NCBI RefSeq assembly: GCF_001194135.2
Contig: NC_068988.1
Span: 24,845,949-24,886,234, forward strand
From: Octopus bimaculoides
Lineage: Eukaryota
Length of the DNA stretch: 40,286 bases
Direction: 5' to 3'
Shown piece after piece: positions 11,364 to 23,670 of this stretch (position 1 is its first letter; every line of letters begins with the position of its first letter). The notes beneath the pieces are model-generated. The model was not told where the DNA came from, did not search any database, and saw nothing but the letters and a program-made list of their open reading frames with translations. The position numbers were made by a program, and so were the translations under genes.

Positions 11364-11475
11364 ATGGTATGTGGCGTAGCGGTTAAGAGCGCGGGCTACT
11401 AACCCCAAGATTTCGAGTTCGATTTTAGGCGTTGACCTGCATAATAATAATAGTAATAATAATAATAATAACAAT
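11364..11475 (+). mobile_element. Family D tRNA-like head plus (TAA)n, inverted relative to the adjacent tail
   Basis: A box TGGCGTAGCGG (11372-11382) and B box GAGTTCGATT (11415-11424); homologous to the reverse complement of 1041-1115. Confidence 0.8.
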
Positions 11476-13064
11476 GATATATATCTATACAGAGCATAGT
11501 AACTAGGCAGACCACTTTCAAAGCGAGAGTCAACAAATGCTTGTAACATCGTATACAAATACAACATACATATACGTATGTGTATCCATGCGTATGTGTG
11601 TGATTTGTGATGCACGTGAGTGTTTGTGTTTGTGTGATTGTCTGTGTGTGTGTGTGTGTGTGTGTGTTATCTTGTTCTGGACGTGTGTCTCAATGATGAA
11701 AAAAAGTATTTTTGAGATATGAAACTGCTTAACAGAAACCTGAATGGATAGAAGAATTGCATTCACCATAAATGAAGTTTGTACCTATACTGACATATTG
11801 CGTTGTGGTTTCACGAACAAAAAACTTTACAGGCTAACATCAATCAATGTCTATATGAAACTGTTCTACGCAGCAGTGGGAAAAACTGAATAATTGAAAA
11901 AAGAAGATAAAGAAAAAGAAACAAAAATTGTGATATATTAATACTGGTCTTAAATATTTGCTTGGGCCTAACTTTGAAATGGAAACTTGTAAGTGTTAAT
12001 CTCATGCAATAATGTATTTTACCTATCTCCCTATAAACGATCGCTACATGCTACATAGGAAAGATATTCAACACATCTCCAACACTCATACGGTGAAGCA
12101 TGCATAATCAGCACATTTTCGCTTTCATGTTTGAAGAGAAAGGTGAGGGACAAAAGTGTTCAATTACGAGAATATGCTAAAAAGTTCTTGGCATTGGGTA
12201 AAAGAAAATACAGGAGGCTCAGTTAATTGTGATCTTATTCAAAATATTCCTCTCTCAGATTCATACACTAACTGCATCGGTCCTTCAGTTTTTCTAAGCC
12301 CTTCAGAAGAACTTAGAAAGTTAGGCTTCCAACTCGGCCTTTCACGACACCCTTAAAGCCAAGAACTTTTTTAGCACCTCGTCCTATATTGTTAATGTCC
12401 AGAAGCAATCTCGCATTTATTGCACCCAAATAATACAAAAATATCAATGCGGGGCTTTACTGAAATTTCTATATTTACCTCAAAAGATATTCCGCTAGTA
12501 CTCAGCGCATATTTTACTAACCAATATTGCAAAGTAAAGTGTTTCAACATTTTCTGTTTCGCAGATAGCACACATGTCACGTAAATATACCTAAGTATTT
12601 AACATTTAATAAAACGCCATATTTCCTGTCGGTCATGCTGGAAGAAGGAGATTAAAACAACTAGCGGGGAGTGAGTGACGGTCAGAGGCGCTAAATGCAG
12701 GCAAAATGAAGTGAATGTATTCAGTTTATCAGTCTTACACACTCACACATATCTATATATCTATCTACCTCTCTCTATATATATATTAAGTTAATTATAT
12801 ATTCATATAAGTAAAGGATAACTTATTTTCACTTCCTGGAAACAGGATGTTGTTCACATGAAGTTGTCAATGACATCAATTTCCTCGTGTGAACAAACAT
12901 ACGCGCACCCACACACGTTCACACACTCCTACACACTTCCACTCGCATACACATGTATGCATATATATGAATATGCTTAGACGCACATAAATATATACAT
13001 GTATGTATGAGAGTATATACATCAATCCATACATACATACATATATATTTACACACACACACAC

Positions 13065-13065
13065 A

Positions 13066-13109
<44 letters not shown>

Positions 13110-13123
13110 AAGATAGAGAGAAA

Positions 13124-13154
<31 letters not shown>

Positions 13155-13202
13155 AAAAGAGAGAGAGAGAAAAAGAGAGAGAGAAAGAGAGAGAGAGAGA
13201 GC
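13065..13202. repeat. (CA)n-(GA)n/(GAAA)n purine tract
   Basis: Read directly. Confidence 0.95.
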
Positions 13203-13867
13203 AATAGGCAGATAAAGGTACATATAAGTTATATATATATAAACGCAATGTTTGTTTCTTTGTTGTGATTTTGTTAAACTAATCAATTATATCAAGAGAT
13301 ATAAGGATAATATAATGATAATTAAAGAGATATAAAGATAATTCCAGATAGCCAACGCCCAACAACAATGGGCTTGATATAACAAATGGAACAGCATAAC
13401 CTTAGCATAAAATTATTTAATAATCATCATAAAAAAGAATATCCAACACAATCTACAACACAAATAATGAGCATCCCGATCAAAATTTTTTAAAAAATGA
13501 ATATAAAGCACTACACTCGAAATCAAAACTACCTTACACAACCATTAAACCGAACAAAGAGCCTTACAAAAACAAAAACCTCGATCTCAATCTATTTTAA
13601 GACTAATCCCTAAATTCGGACAGCGACGGAGTGAAGTTGAGGTCAACAGTATAAATAACAATAAATAACAACACCACCTCCTATGGAGCACTAACTAACA
13701 GCAATTTACTTCTAGGATGACCAAATGGACGCACCCTGATGAAACTGCACCGACAAGGTTGCAAGGTTGTATTTGCAGCAATGGGTAGTCGCTGCAGCAG
13801 AAATACACTTAGGTCATTATAATATGCTGTATATAACTATAAATTAAATTTTCCGGATGGACAGGTC

Positions 13868-13953
13868 TCCAAGCAAGTGTCTACTGCTATAGCCACGAGC
13901 CGACCAAAACAAGATGGGTAGATTTGGTAGACAGAGACCGAAAGAAGACCGTC

Positions 13954-14038
<85 letters not shown>

Positions 14039-14044
14039 TACATA

Positions 14045-14081
<37 letters not shown>

Positions 14082-14345
14082 ATGTGTGAATATATGTGTA
14101 CATGTATATATGTGCATATGTATGTATATGTATATATATGTGTGTCTGTGTTTTACCCCCACCATCACTTGACAACCGATGTTGGTGTGCTTACGTTCCC
14201 TTCCCTAGCGGTTCGGCAAAAACAACAGATATAATAAGTACCAGGCTTACAAATAATAAGTCCTGGTGTCGATTTGTTCGACTATAGGTGGTGCCACAGC
14301 AAGGCCGTAGTCAAATGACTGAAATAAGTAAAAAAAATAATAGAA
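13868..14345 (+). mobile_element. 5'-truncated SINE family A with an expanded internal (TA)n/(TG)n tract
   Basis: Body gcaagtgtct..ctatagcc..gccgaccaaa..gatttggtagac..gaaagaag.ccgtcg, then about 200 bp of microsatellite, then tail to caaatgactgaaataagtaaaa. Confidence 0.9.
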
Positions 14346-14627
14346 TAAATATATATATAATGTGTGTGTTTAGTACTTACAGCCACTATGGTTCATAAAT
14401 TTGCTATGTCATGGAATGGAATTTGCAGCAATCTTTAGGTGACATATACATAAAGTATGAGCCATCCTCACACAGGTTGTACGAATAATTTGAAATGACG
14501 ATGTTAATTTCCGCTTCAGCATGCCTAGAGGAAAGGTTATATTATTGCACGTAACTCGTTACATGTTATGTATAGCTTGAAGTGGATAAATTCCCTTAAG
14601 CTGGCTAATGCTATGAAATACATACAT

Positions 14628-14679
<52 letters not shown>

Positions 14680-14869
14680 ATATACATATATAAACACGTG
14701 TGTGCGTATGCGTGCGTGTATATGGTTATACATGGATATCAGTGTATGTACTTATTCGCATGTATGTGTTTCTTTGTGCATACGTGAGTAAATCTTTGTG
14801 TATGTGTACATGTGTATATCATCTGTATGGGAATGTGTGAATATGAATGTATGTCTACGTATGTAATTG

Positions 14870-14901
<32 letters not shown>

Positions 14902-16112
14902 CGTGCACATGTATACATATATTTTAACATGATGTGTAGATAATATTGTGTGGTTAGAAGCGTTTAAAATATTTTACCATGAACACAAATAAAGTTTGTA
15001 TGCATGCACACACTCACATACACAGAGAGACACATATATATATCTATATACACACTCTTGTTCTCCTTTTCTCTCTGTCTCTCTCTCTCACACACACACA
15101 CACACGCACACATAGAGCCAGGTGAAAATGATGAAAAGTTAAACTTTCACGTTGATAGTTATCTAGATTATGTAATAAGGAAGAATGTTGGTGTGAACTT
15201 TAAGAAACAAATTAAAATGTGAGAGAAACAAAAAAAAAAGATGCGTACATAAGAATTTGTCGTAAATAATGACATATCGAAGGAATTTGCACCGATGATA
15301 TGCCATATATATTATCATTTGTATATTTGTTTGTATTGCGGTATGATCGAAACAACATGACAACAGAAAAACTATTTAGCTGAACTTACACAAAACTGCA
15401 GTGTAGATTAACCAGTAATATGATAAGCTATTCCGTTGCAGTAATTATTATGAACAACAATTAGTATAACGAAAACAGCTGAGCTATATTGCTTATGTAG
15501 GAGTAAATTGTTGGTCCGTCAATTAGTTATCTAAAGGGGAAATATCTGTGAATAATGATTTACCGTTTCTAAGTGGAATCGAAATACGGACCGCAGATGT
15601 TATGTTGATATGGCAGTAATTAAATATTTCAAGAGGTTAGAGATTATGATTATAAGATCGAAGAGCTTAACCATTTCATCCCAAAATGTCTAATGCATTC
15701 GACATTAAATGGAAGATTTAAATTCCTTTCAGAAATGGAACTAAAACCTGTTGTATATGTACGCCTGAAAAACAAAAATTCTTTAGAGATTAGATCAAGG
15801 TTGTTATAAAAATAGGCAAAGTATCTATAGCTGCAAAAATATACTCGGATATGTCATTGGGATTATAACAGTGGTTCTGAAGAGGCAACTCTTTGCAGTC
15901 GAACATTACTATGGTGCGACAGACAAAACATAACATTTTACACATGAAGAAAAGTGAAAAATGTGGTATGGATAATTTTTGCCAGAAGAGATTGGCGTAA
16001 TTGAAAACATAATTGCGTTAAGGGAAACAACTCTGATAAGTCACTGACTTAAGTCTGTGCGTATACATGTATATCTATTTATGTATCTATCTATCTACCT
16101 ATCTATCTACAA

Positions 16113-16335
16113 AGACGTGTACCCTTAACGTAGTTCTCAGGGATACTTAGCTTGACACAGAAGATGACAAAGTTGGCTCTTTGAAATACAGATAAAACTC
16201 ACTTTTGCCAGTTGAATGGAGTGGAGTGACGTAAAATAAAAACAATATTGCTGAAGGACACAACCTGGCGCCAGGTATTGAACTCACAAGCTTACGATCG
16301 TTAGCCGAATACCCTAACCACTCAGCTACACACTC
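16113..16335 (-). mobile_element. SINE with B-beta head/body and partial tail X
   Basis: gtgtacccttaacgtagttctc is the reverse complement of 6844-6868 (tail X). It is followed by the CORE-like ctcacttttgccag.tgaatggagtggag and head accctaaccactcagc. Confidence 0.75.
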
Positions 16336-16619
16336 TCACACACACATACGCACGTATATATACGTACACTGAAACTTCAGTATTTGAATTCGTTGAATAG
16401 TGATTTACAAACAAACCTGTACACGTACCTGTGAACACGCGTTTAAGAGGGTGTTGTTTACTACTGTCCTGTAAACACTTGACTGATCGCTGTTTATTTG
16501 GGTAATACCGCGTTTTTCTTTTCTTTTTTATTTATTTATTTTTCTTTTTTGGTTTATCGAAACTGGTGAACAGTGATTTTCAATAAGTAAAACTACGACG
16601 AGAAAAATTCGCTGAAAAT

Positions 16620-16990
16620 TTCGAAAGACATACCATCACCGAATTTAATAAGTTTAAGATACAAATATCAGCCACAAAAACTTACACACTATGTGTAATT
16701 CTTTCATTCTTTAAGAACATAATTATTAAGATATATTTCTAACTTAAACCATGAAACACGATACCAACTTTTAATTCAAAGTGAAATGTTTATTACCTTG
16801 AAATCTTAAGTTATCTTTGCTAGTGAAATATAGAAGTGTCTGACTACGTATAAAAGATGCACGCAGGAGTGTTAAAATGACACCCTATTATCTGAAAGGC
16901 GTCGATACACAGCTGCTTACCACAAAACTTGCACAATCCTTCGTACTTCAATCGTTAATAACTTTGACTTCTATCTTGTCATTACAGAAT
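16620..16990. repeat. Copy 1 of an old non-coding direct duplication (partner 19050-19410)
   Basis: Colinear matches such as gtttaagata.aaatat, ttctttaa.aa..attattaagat, exact aaagtgaaatgtttattacctt, and gatgcac.ca..a..aaaatga.ac.ctat.atc.gaa. Confidence 0.85.
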
Positions 16991-17834
16991 ATACAGATGT
17001 ATACAGTCTAGCACAATGTCTTCAACAGACAGTTATTGACTACTGTTATGCCGTCACTGTTTATGTCTTTCTTTGTTTACCTTTAATTCTAACCTTTACA
17101 TTCATCTTACCGAACTTAACACATCTTTCTCTGGTGTTCAAGTTATGTATTTGTCTGTAGAAATTGACTTGTTTCTCCAGTCATCAGTTATATGTTTATA
17201 TATGTATGTATTCTACATGTATGCATGCATATGTATATGTATGTATGTATGTATACATGCATATATGTATGTATGCATGCATGCCTGTATGCATGTATGT
17301 AAATGTGTATATATGTATGCACGCATGCATGTATTTATGTGTGCTTGTATGTATACGTATGAATAGCTATGTATATAATGCCTTCGGTTTTAAATCAATT
17401 TTTCAGTATCTAACAGATACAATGACACCTACAAGTTTTCTAAAGCTGCATTACTTCTTCACAGCTTCACCTATTCTATATAGTAGTCAGCCACGCCAAA
17501 ATATACTTTATGCTATATAACTCTTGGCGTGCACAAACGGAACGTGGCAGCCATTTCAAATTATAGTCTATGTAGGTAATTATTTTCAGCAGGTTTTTCA
17601 GGTGAATAATATTATGGATTCCACTCCTTGGTATAAAACTTTAAATTCTGAACCTGGACTGTAAGTTTCATATTTTACTTAATGTTTAACTTTCTACTAT
17701 GTATCGGTTACTCTAAATTTGTTCGTGTAAACATATACCAACATAAAACGTAAAAAGACAGAACGAGCATCAGAAGGCATTTTTTCCCGTAGTTCCAATG
17801 AGACCGCCTCTTGCAGCACTTAATGATTTTTGAT

Positions 17835-17975
17835 GCAGGTATAAGGTCAACAGTTTTAAGAGGAGAGGGTTAGTCGATTATGTCTGGATTAAAATTTTAT
17901 TTTATGAAATCCGAAAGACTGAAAGTCTAATTTAAACTCGGATCTAAATCCAGAATGTAACTGTCGGAATAAATA
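17835..17975 (-). mobile_element. Highly decayed family C fragment
   Basis: gagggttagtcgatta..ccgaaagactgaaag resembles the family C reverse complement. Confidence 0.45.
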
Positions 17976-18412
17976 ATAGTGGTCCATATAATTTGACTCA
18001 AAGGTAATAAAAGAAGCTTTATCATACGGAGAGGCTAGAAAAGCAGTGTTGGATTTCATTGAATGCGAAAGAAGAAAGACAATGATAATGAAATGATAAA
18101 CGGTATAAAAAATTTTTCTTCAGTGGATAAGCGCCTTCTTCCGGCTGACATCATCCAAAATACAAGTGCACACTAAAAGGAATCTCATTCACTTGAGTCA
18201 TTTTCGTCACAGTCAGCCATCGTTCAACAAATTTACTGACGGCGGTGGTCATCTACGTTTTTATTTTTACATTATTCTCACCTTGATACATTAAAAAGCG
18301 TAAGGCAACCATGAAGAGAAAAACATTAGTCTTTTTTATGCCTTTCAGTGTCGTTTGCCACATAAAGTATTTTCCCATAGCCACTATCCAGTGTAAAACT
18401 GTCTCTCCTTAC

Positions 18413-18596
18413 AGACCAAATTATGGTGGCTGGTAATCTCAGTGAACTTGACTGATAACTCGGTCCGTTCTGCAGAAGAATACAGTTTTTCTGCAAAGTT
18501 AACTTCTCAAGGCTCGAACATTGACTGAGTGCATGCAGAGTGTTTTTCACACTCTGCCCATATTCCTGACAGACCTTGTTGATGGCGCTTTTGTAC
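18413..18596 (-). CDS. Candidate exon encoding a single LRR-like motif
   Basis: ttgtttag| acceptor, open frame YKSAINKVCQEYGQSVKNTLHALSQCSSLEKLTLQKNCILL (LxxLxLxxNxI), tct|gtaagg donor. No homolog recognised. Confidence 0.25.
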
Positions 18597-19049
18597 CTAA
18601 ACAATTGGGCTCGATTCGGTAATGTTCCATCTCCTCTAGTATCACTGCCAGATCAAGAATTTCTGGAAGATACAAACCCCTGACTGAAAGTTCGCTGTAA
18701 CAGATAAGGTAGTTGGTTCTCATGGACACTCAGATATTTTTTTTTCAAAATGAGAATGACACCACACCTCACCCTTAATTGCAAGACATCATAGATTGTT
18801 TCTTCTCGAGCTACACGGCGGACAGTGATGTCTAGTAGAAAGATAAGGGCAACTGAGAAAATTCAATATGTTCAGCGCTCGATGATCACACCTATCCGCT
18901 GCGTAGGGAATTCTCTAGAAGCCACAATTACAGTGCATGTCTATACACCATCAGACACAGCAAACGAAACCCTCACCACAAAGCGTATTGGAGGATTGCT
19001 CGGTCAGCGAAACGCACCGTGTAAACCGGGTATATTATGACACACGAAT

Positions 19050-19410
19050 TGGAAAGTAACAATGCCCAACTGAATTCGTTTAAGATATAAATATTCTCCA
19101 GGATGTCTTGCATATACTTCTGTAATTTCTACTTTCTTTAACAATGCCATTATTAAGATGAATTCTGACTTGAAAAGTAAAACTTAATATCAGTTTTACT
19201 ACACCAAAAGTGAAATGTTTATTACCTTAACACTTCACTATATCTCTGCCCATATCATAAATTTATCTCACAATATATAACGATGCACACATGATAGTGA
19301 AAATGAAACGCTATCATCAGAATTGCTTGAACGCACTATTGTGTAGCAAACAATATGAACAATTGTCATTTCTATTCGACTCTTTATGAATATTTTCCTC
19401 TCAATTTCCA
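19050..19410. repeat. Copy 2 of the old non-coding duplication (partner 16620-16990)
   Basis: See copy 1; offset about 2.43 kb. Confidence 0.85.
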
Positions 19411-19485
19411 GGTGATAGTGCTGAGAGTTTTTTGATATTGTCTCAGATTTTATCCTCCAGGAAACGTGGATCAAATGAAACTCCC
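19410..19485 (+). CDS. Candidate small exon (76 nt, or 27-nt microexon from the inner acceptor)
   Basis: ttttcctctcaatttccag| and ttttatcctccag| acceptors with caa|gtaagt donor. Coordinates are approximate and no product is recognised. Confidence 0.25.
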
Positions 19486-20224
19486 AAGTAAGTTAATCAT
19501 TCCATCTCTTAATCAAACGACAACATGGTGTTCTATGGACATGAAAACTGCGGACGGGAATTAGAAATCCAGTACTTATACAAATTCGAGAAACATATCA
19601 ATTGAATTCCAAAGCATGAATAGAAAATAACAGCCTTATATAAAGGAGAATCCTTTAGGCTATTAACCAGGCAATTTTCTAAAGATCATTGCAAGAATTT
19701 TCAGAAAGCAAGTTAAATTAATAATTTTAATAATTTATCCTAATGAATTCAAAGGTTATAAATAACAGTGTGCTTCTTTGTAAGGCATATATAAAAAATT
19801 AGTACATCGAGCGATTCCGTTCAAATAAGTAACATCAAGTAGCGTTTATAAACAGATGTATCATGCTATCGAAAGCAAATGTACAAAGTAAAGAAAAAAA
19901 ATTCAGTAACAAAGTGAGAATAAATAGCATACTCCAAAACGCCAGCGGAGCAGATTTTCTGATACTGAGAAAAGAGGCATATTTCAACAACATATTTCCT
20001 TTCCACGACGTATAGAATGTTTGAGAAAAGAGTAATATTTCAACTATGCACTTCTTTTATGCAACAGCTGCAATATTCTCTTTAGGCAATAGCAAAGAAC
20101 ATAAAACAAGCAGAATAAAAAAAGCACAAAAAAACAAACACATTAAAAATAGGAAAGGTTCGATAAGAAAAGAAAGCTTTTACTTCCAGGAATAACGGGA
20201 ATGGCAATCGAAAAGAAATGATTA

Positions 20225-20269
<45 letters not shown>

Positions 20270-20501
20270 TACACACACACACATACACACACACATACAC
20301 ACAGAAATGCACACTTACATTCATATAGTTATATATATATATACATATATGATTTAATATAATATATATATATATATATTATATATATACACACATGCGT
20401 ACATACACGCATTAATATAATCATAGATACATGCATACATACGTATATACATACATACATGCGTGCGTATATATATATATATATATATATATCTTTTGTA
20501 A

Positions 20502-20558
<57 letters not shown>

Positions 20559-21176
20559 CACAAAACCGTTGACATGTTCAAAAGAGCCATTTTCACGGAA
20601 TGGAAACAGCCGTAAAACTCCAATATCACACGTTAACACAAATCCTTTTGTATTTCAAAACCATTAGATTTCATTGGAATTGTATGTAGTTTGAAGGGAA
20701 CATTGTGTATTTCAATTGAAATACATTCAAAATAGTCAACATTTCTATACATATATAACACTTCAGCACATGTACTTCCGAATGCATCGGTTCATATTTA
20801 CTTTAGATCATATATATGAGTATTCTTCTTTCTAACAAACAAATATGAATCTGCGTCGGTACTAGTACAATGATTTACTTCTAAATCCTTATAGATGTAG
20901 ATGTTCAGAATCTGCGATCATTCATACATAAATTGCATGCATTTATTGTCGTATGATTGATCGGTTACAACAGATAGAATAGTAAGTTATACACTTTAAG
21001 AATGATCAATAAACAAAAGTTCAGTTACTAAGCATTCGATTTATTATATTCATGTTCAGTAGCTCAATTATTTTAACTGTGGGCGAACGTGAGAAATGAA
21101 CACTACTGACAATTTGGAAAATTCTATGGGGTTCCAAGAAGAATCGATAAATATTAGTGTTTATAGAATGATATCC

Positions 21177-21424
21177 TTTACTCTTTTACTTGTTTCAGTC
21201 ATTTGACTGCGGCCATGCTGGAGCACCGCCTTTAGTCGATCTAATCGACCCCATGACTTATTCTTTGTAAGCCTAGTACTTATTCTATCGGTCTCTTTTT
21301 GCCGAACCGCTAAGTTACGGGGACGTAAACACACCATCATCGGTTGTCAAGCGATGGTGGGTGGGACAAACACAGACACACAAACACACACACACAAATA
21401 TACATATATATATATATATATATA
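21177..21424 (-). mobile_element. 3' half of a young SINE family A, running into (TA)n and a gap
   Basis: tactcttttacttgtttcagtcatttgactgcggccatgctggagcaccgcctttagtcg..ccgaaccgctaagttacggggacg. Confidence 0.92.
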
Positions 21425-22119
21425 NNNNNNNNNNNNNNNNNNNNNNNNNNNNNNNNNNNNNNNNNNNNNNNNNNNNNNNNNNNNNNNNNNNNNNNNNNNN
21501 NNNNNNNNNNNNNNNNNNNNNNNNNNNNNNNNNNNNNNNNNNNNNNNNNNNNNNNNNNNNNNNNNNNNNNNNNNNNNNNNNNNNNNNNNNNNNNNNNNNN
21601 NNNNNNNNNNNNNNNNNNNNNNNNNNNNNNNNNNNNNNNNNNNNNNNNNNNNNNNNNNNNNNNNNNNNNNNNNNNNNNNNNNNNNNNNNNNNNNNNNNNN
21701 NNNNNNNNNNNNNNNNNNNNNNNNNNNNNNNNNNNNNNNNNNNNNNNNNNNNNNNNNNNNNNNNNNNNNNNNNNNNNNNNNNNNNNNNNNNNNNNNNNNN
21801 NNNNNNNNNNNNNNNNNNNNNNNNNNNNNNNNNNNNNNNNNNNNNNNNNNNNNNNNNNNNNNNNNNNNNNNNNNNNNNNNNNNNNNNNNNNNNNNNNNNN
21901 NNNNNNNNNNNNNNNNNNNNNNNNNNNNNNNNNNNNNNNNNNNNNNNNNNNNNNNNNNNNNNNNNNNNNNNNNNNNNNNNNNNNNNNNNNNNNNNNNNNN
22001 NNNNNNNNNNNNNNNNNNNNNNNNNNNNNNNNNNNNNNNNNNNNNNNNNNNNNNNNNNNNNNNNNNNNNNNNNNNNNNNNNNNNNNNNNNNNNNNNNNNN
22101 NNNNNNNNNNNNNNNNNNN

Positions 22120-22244
22120 GAAGAAGAAGAAGAAGAAGAAGAAGAAGAAGAAGAAGAAGAAGAAGAAGAAGAAGAAGAAGAAGAAGAAGAAGAAGAAGAA
22201 GAAGAAGAAGAAGAAGAAGAAGAAGAAGAAGAAGAAGAAGAAGA
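22120..22244. repeat. Pure (GAA)n tract, truncated by a gap
   Basis: Read directly. Confidence 0.97.
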
Positions 22245-22616
22245 AATATGTATACACACACACGTTGTATACAAATTTATAAAACGGTTAACAAAGACTA
22301 ACCTTCTTTCACATCTACCTGCAGTAAACATTACTGCAGCATTTCCCAAAGTCCACACTGCATTCTCTATCTACAACCGATTTGTCTCGTTTTATTAATC
22401 GTTATACAAAATCGATTCCAACACGGCAGGTGTAATACTTAATAATCATTACTGGTAAATTCCAGAATTACTTCGTGTAAAGTTCTGCCTTTTGGCAAGA
22501 ACACCATTATATTTTGTAATATTAGGATAAAGAATATTCTCACTTCTGTCGACAATAGTTTTCAAAAATATATCAAACCCTATTCTGAACAACAAAACAA
22601 CACAGACACAGACACA

Positions 22617-22656
<40 letters not shown>

Positions 22657-22696
22657 NNNNNNNNNNNNNNNNNNNNNNNNNNNNNNNNNNNNNNNN

Positions 22697-22736
<40 letters not shown>

Positions 22737-22900
22737 GTGTATAAGGGATGACCACTAGGTGGACATCCAATATGATAGAAAGAGGTCATCAACGACCCAA
22801 CCACAAAGAAAAATAATGTTCTCCAGACAAATTTCGCAAAACGCCAGAACAGGACAAAATGAGAAATATACAGAACAAAGAGTTATCTATGGACTATATA

Positions 22901-22932
<32 letters not shown>

Positions 22933-23241
22933 CTTACATACAGATATATANNNNNNNNNNNNNNNNNNNNNNNNNNNNNNNNNNNNNNNNNNNNNNNNNN
23001 NNNNNNNNNNNNNNNNNNNNNNNNNNNNNNNNNNNNNNNNNNNNNNNNNNNNNNNNNNNNNNNNNNNNNNNNNNNNNNNNNNNNNNNNNNNNNNNNNNNN
23101 NNNNNNNNNNNNNNNNNNNNNNNNNNNNNNNNNNNNNNNNNNNNNNNNNNNNNNNNNNNNNNNNNNNNNNNNNNNNNNNNNNNNNNNNNNNNNNNNNNNN
23201 NNNNNNNNNNNNNNNNNNNNNNNNNNNNNNNNNNNNNNATA

Positions 23242-23273
<32 letters not shown>

Positions 23274-23618
23274 CTTACATACAGATATATAAATACACAC
23301 ATACACACACACAAGCACATATACACACACAACGCCCGCGCACACACTCATATATATATATATATATGTGTTATGTAACCGCTAAATTGCACCAGCATTA
23401 GGAATATTTCTTTCCATATATACATATGTGTAGAGATGTACTTTACACGCACATGCACACACATATATGCCCCCACACGTGTGTGTATATATATATTTTG
23501 TGTGTGTGTGTGTGTGTTTGTGTGTGTGTGTTTGTGTGTGTTTGTGTGTGTGTTTGTGTGTGTGATTGATATAAGCACGTGTTCCGTAGCAAACATACTT
23601 AAATATATTCACACTAAA

Positions 23619-23670
23619 TATACGTACTTAGGCGCTCACATCTATATACGTACTTAGGCGCTCACATCTA
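23619..23670. repeat. Perfect 26-bp tandem duplication
   Basis: tatacgtacttaggcgctcacatcta x2. Confidence 0.95.

Noticed and set aside
10719-11615. 298-aa ORF and all other X-containing long ORFs (for example 21315..22398, 23979..25049, 28690..29618, 33582..34622)
   Set aside because: They are open only because N-gaps and dinucleotide repeats lack stops; the real part of this ORF is the family D SINE read as protein.
18282-18410. GETVLHW ankyrin-like motif on the minus strand
   Set aside because: Preceded by a stop, no convincing acceptor, and the remaining residues do not fit an ankyrin repeat.
18605-18860. Single in-frame TGA in RTFSQGFVSSRNS*SGSDT suggesting selenocysteine or readthrough
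   Set aside because: It depends on a speculative splice, there is no leaky-stop context or SECIS, and a nearer acceptor at 18597 explains the downstream frame.
22900-23290. Direct repeat (atac)n-atatacttacatacagatatata on both sides of a gap
   Set aside because: Most likely an unmerged contig overlap, that is an assembly artefact.
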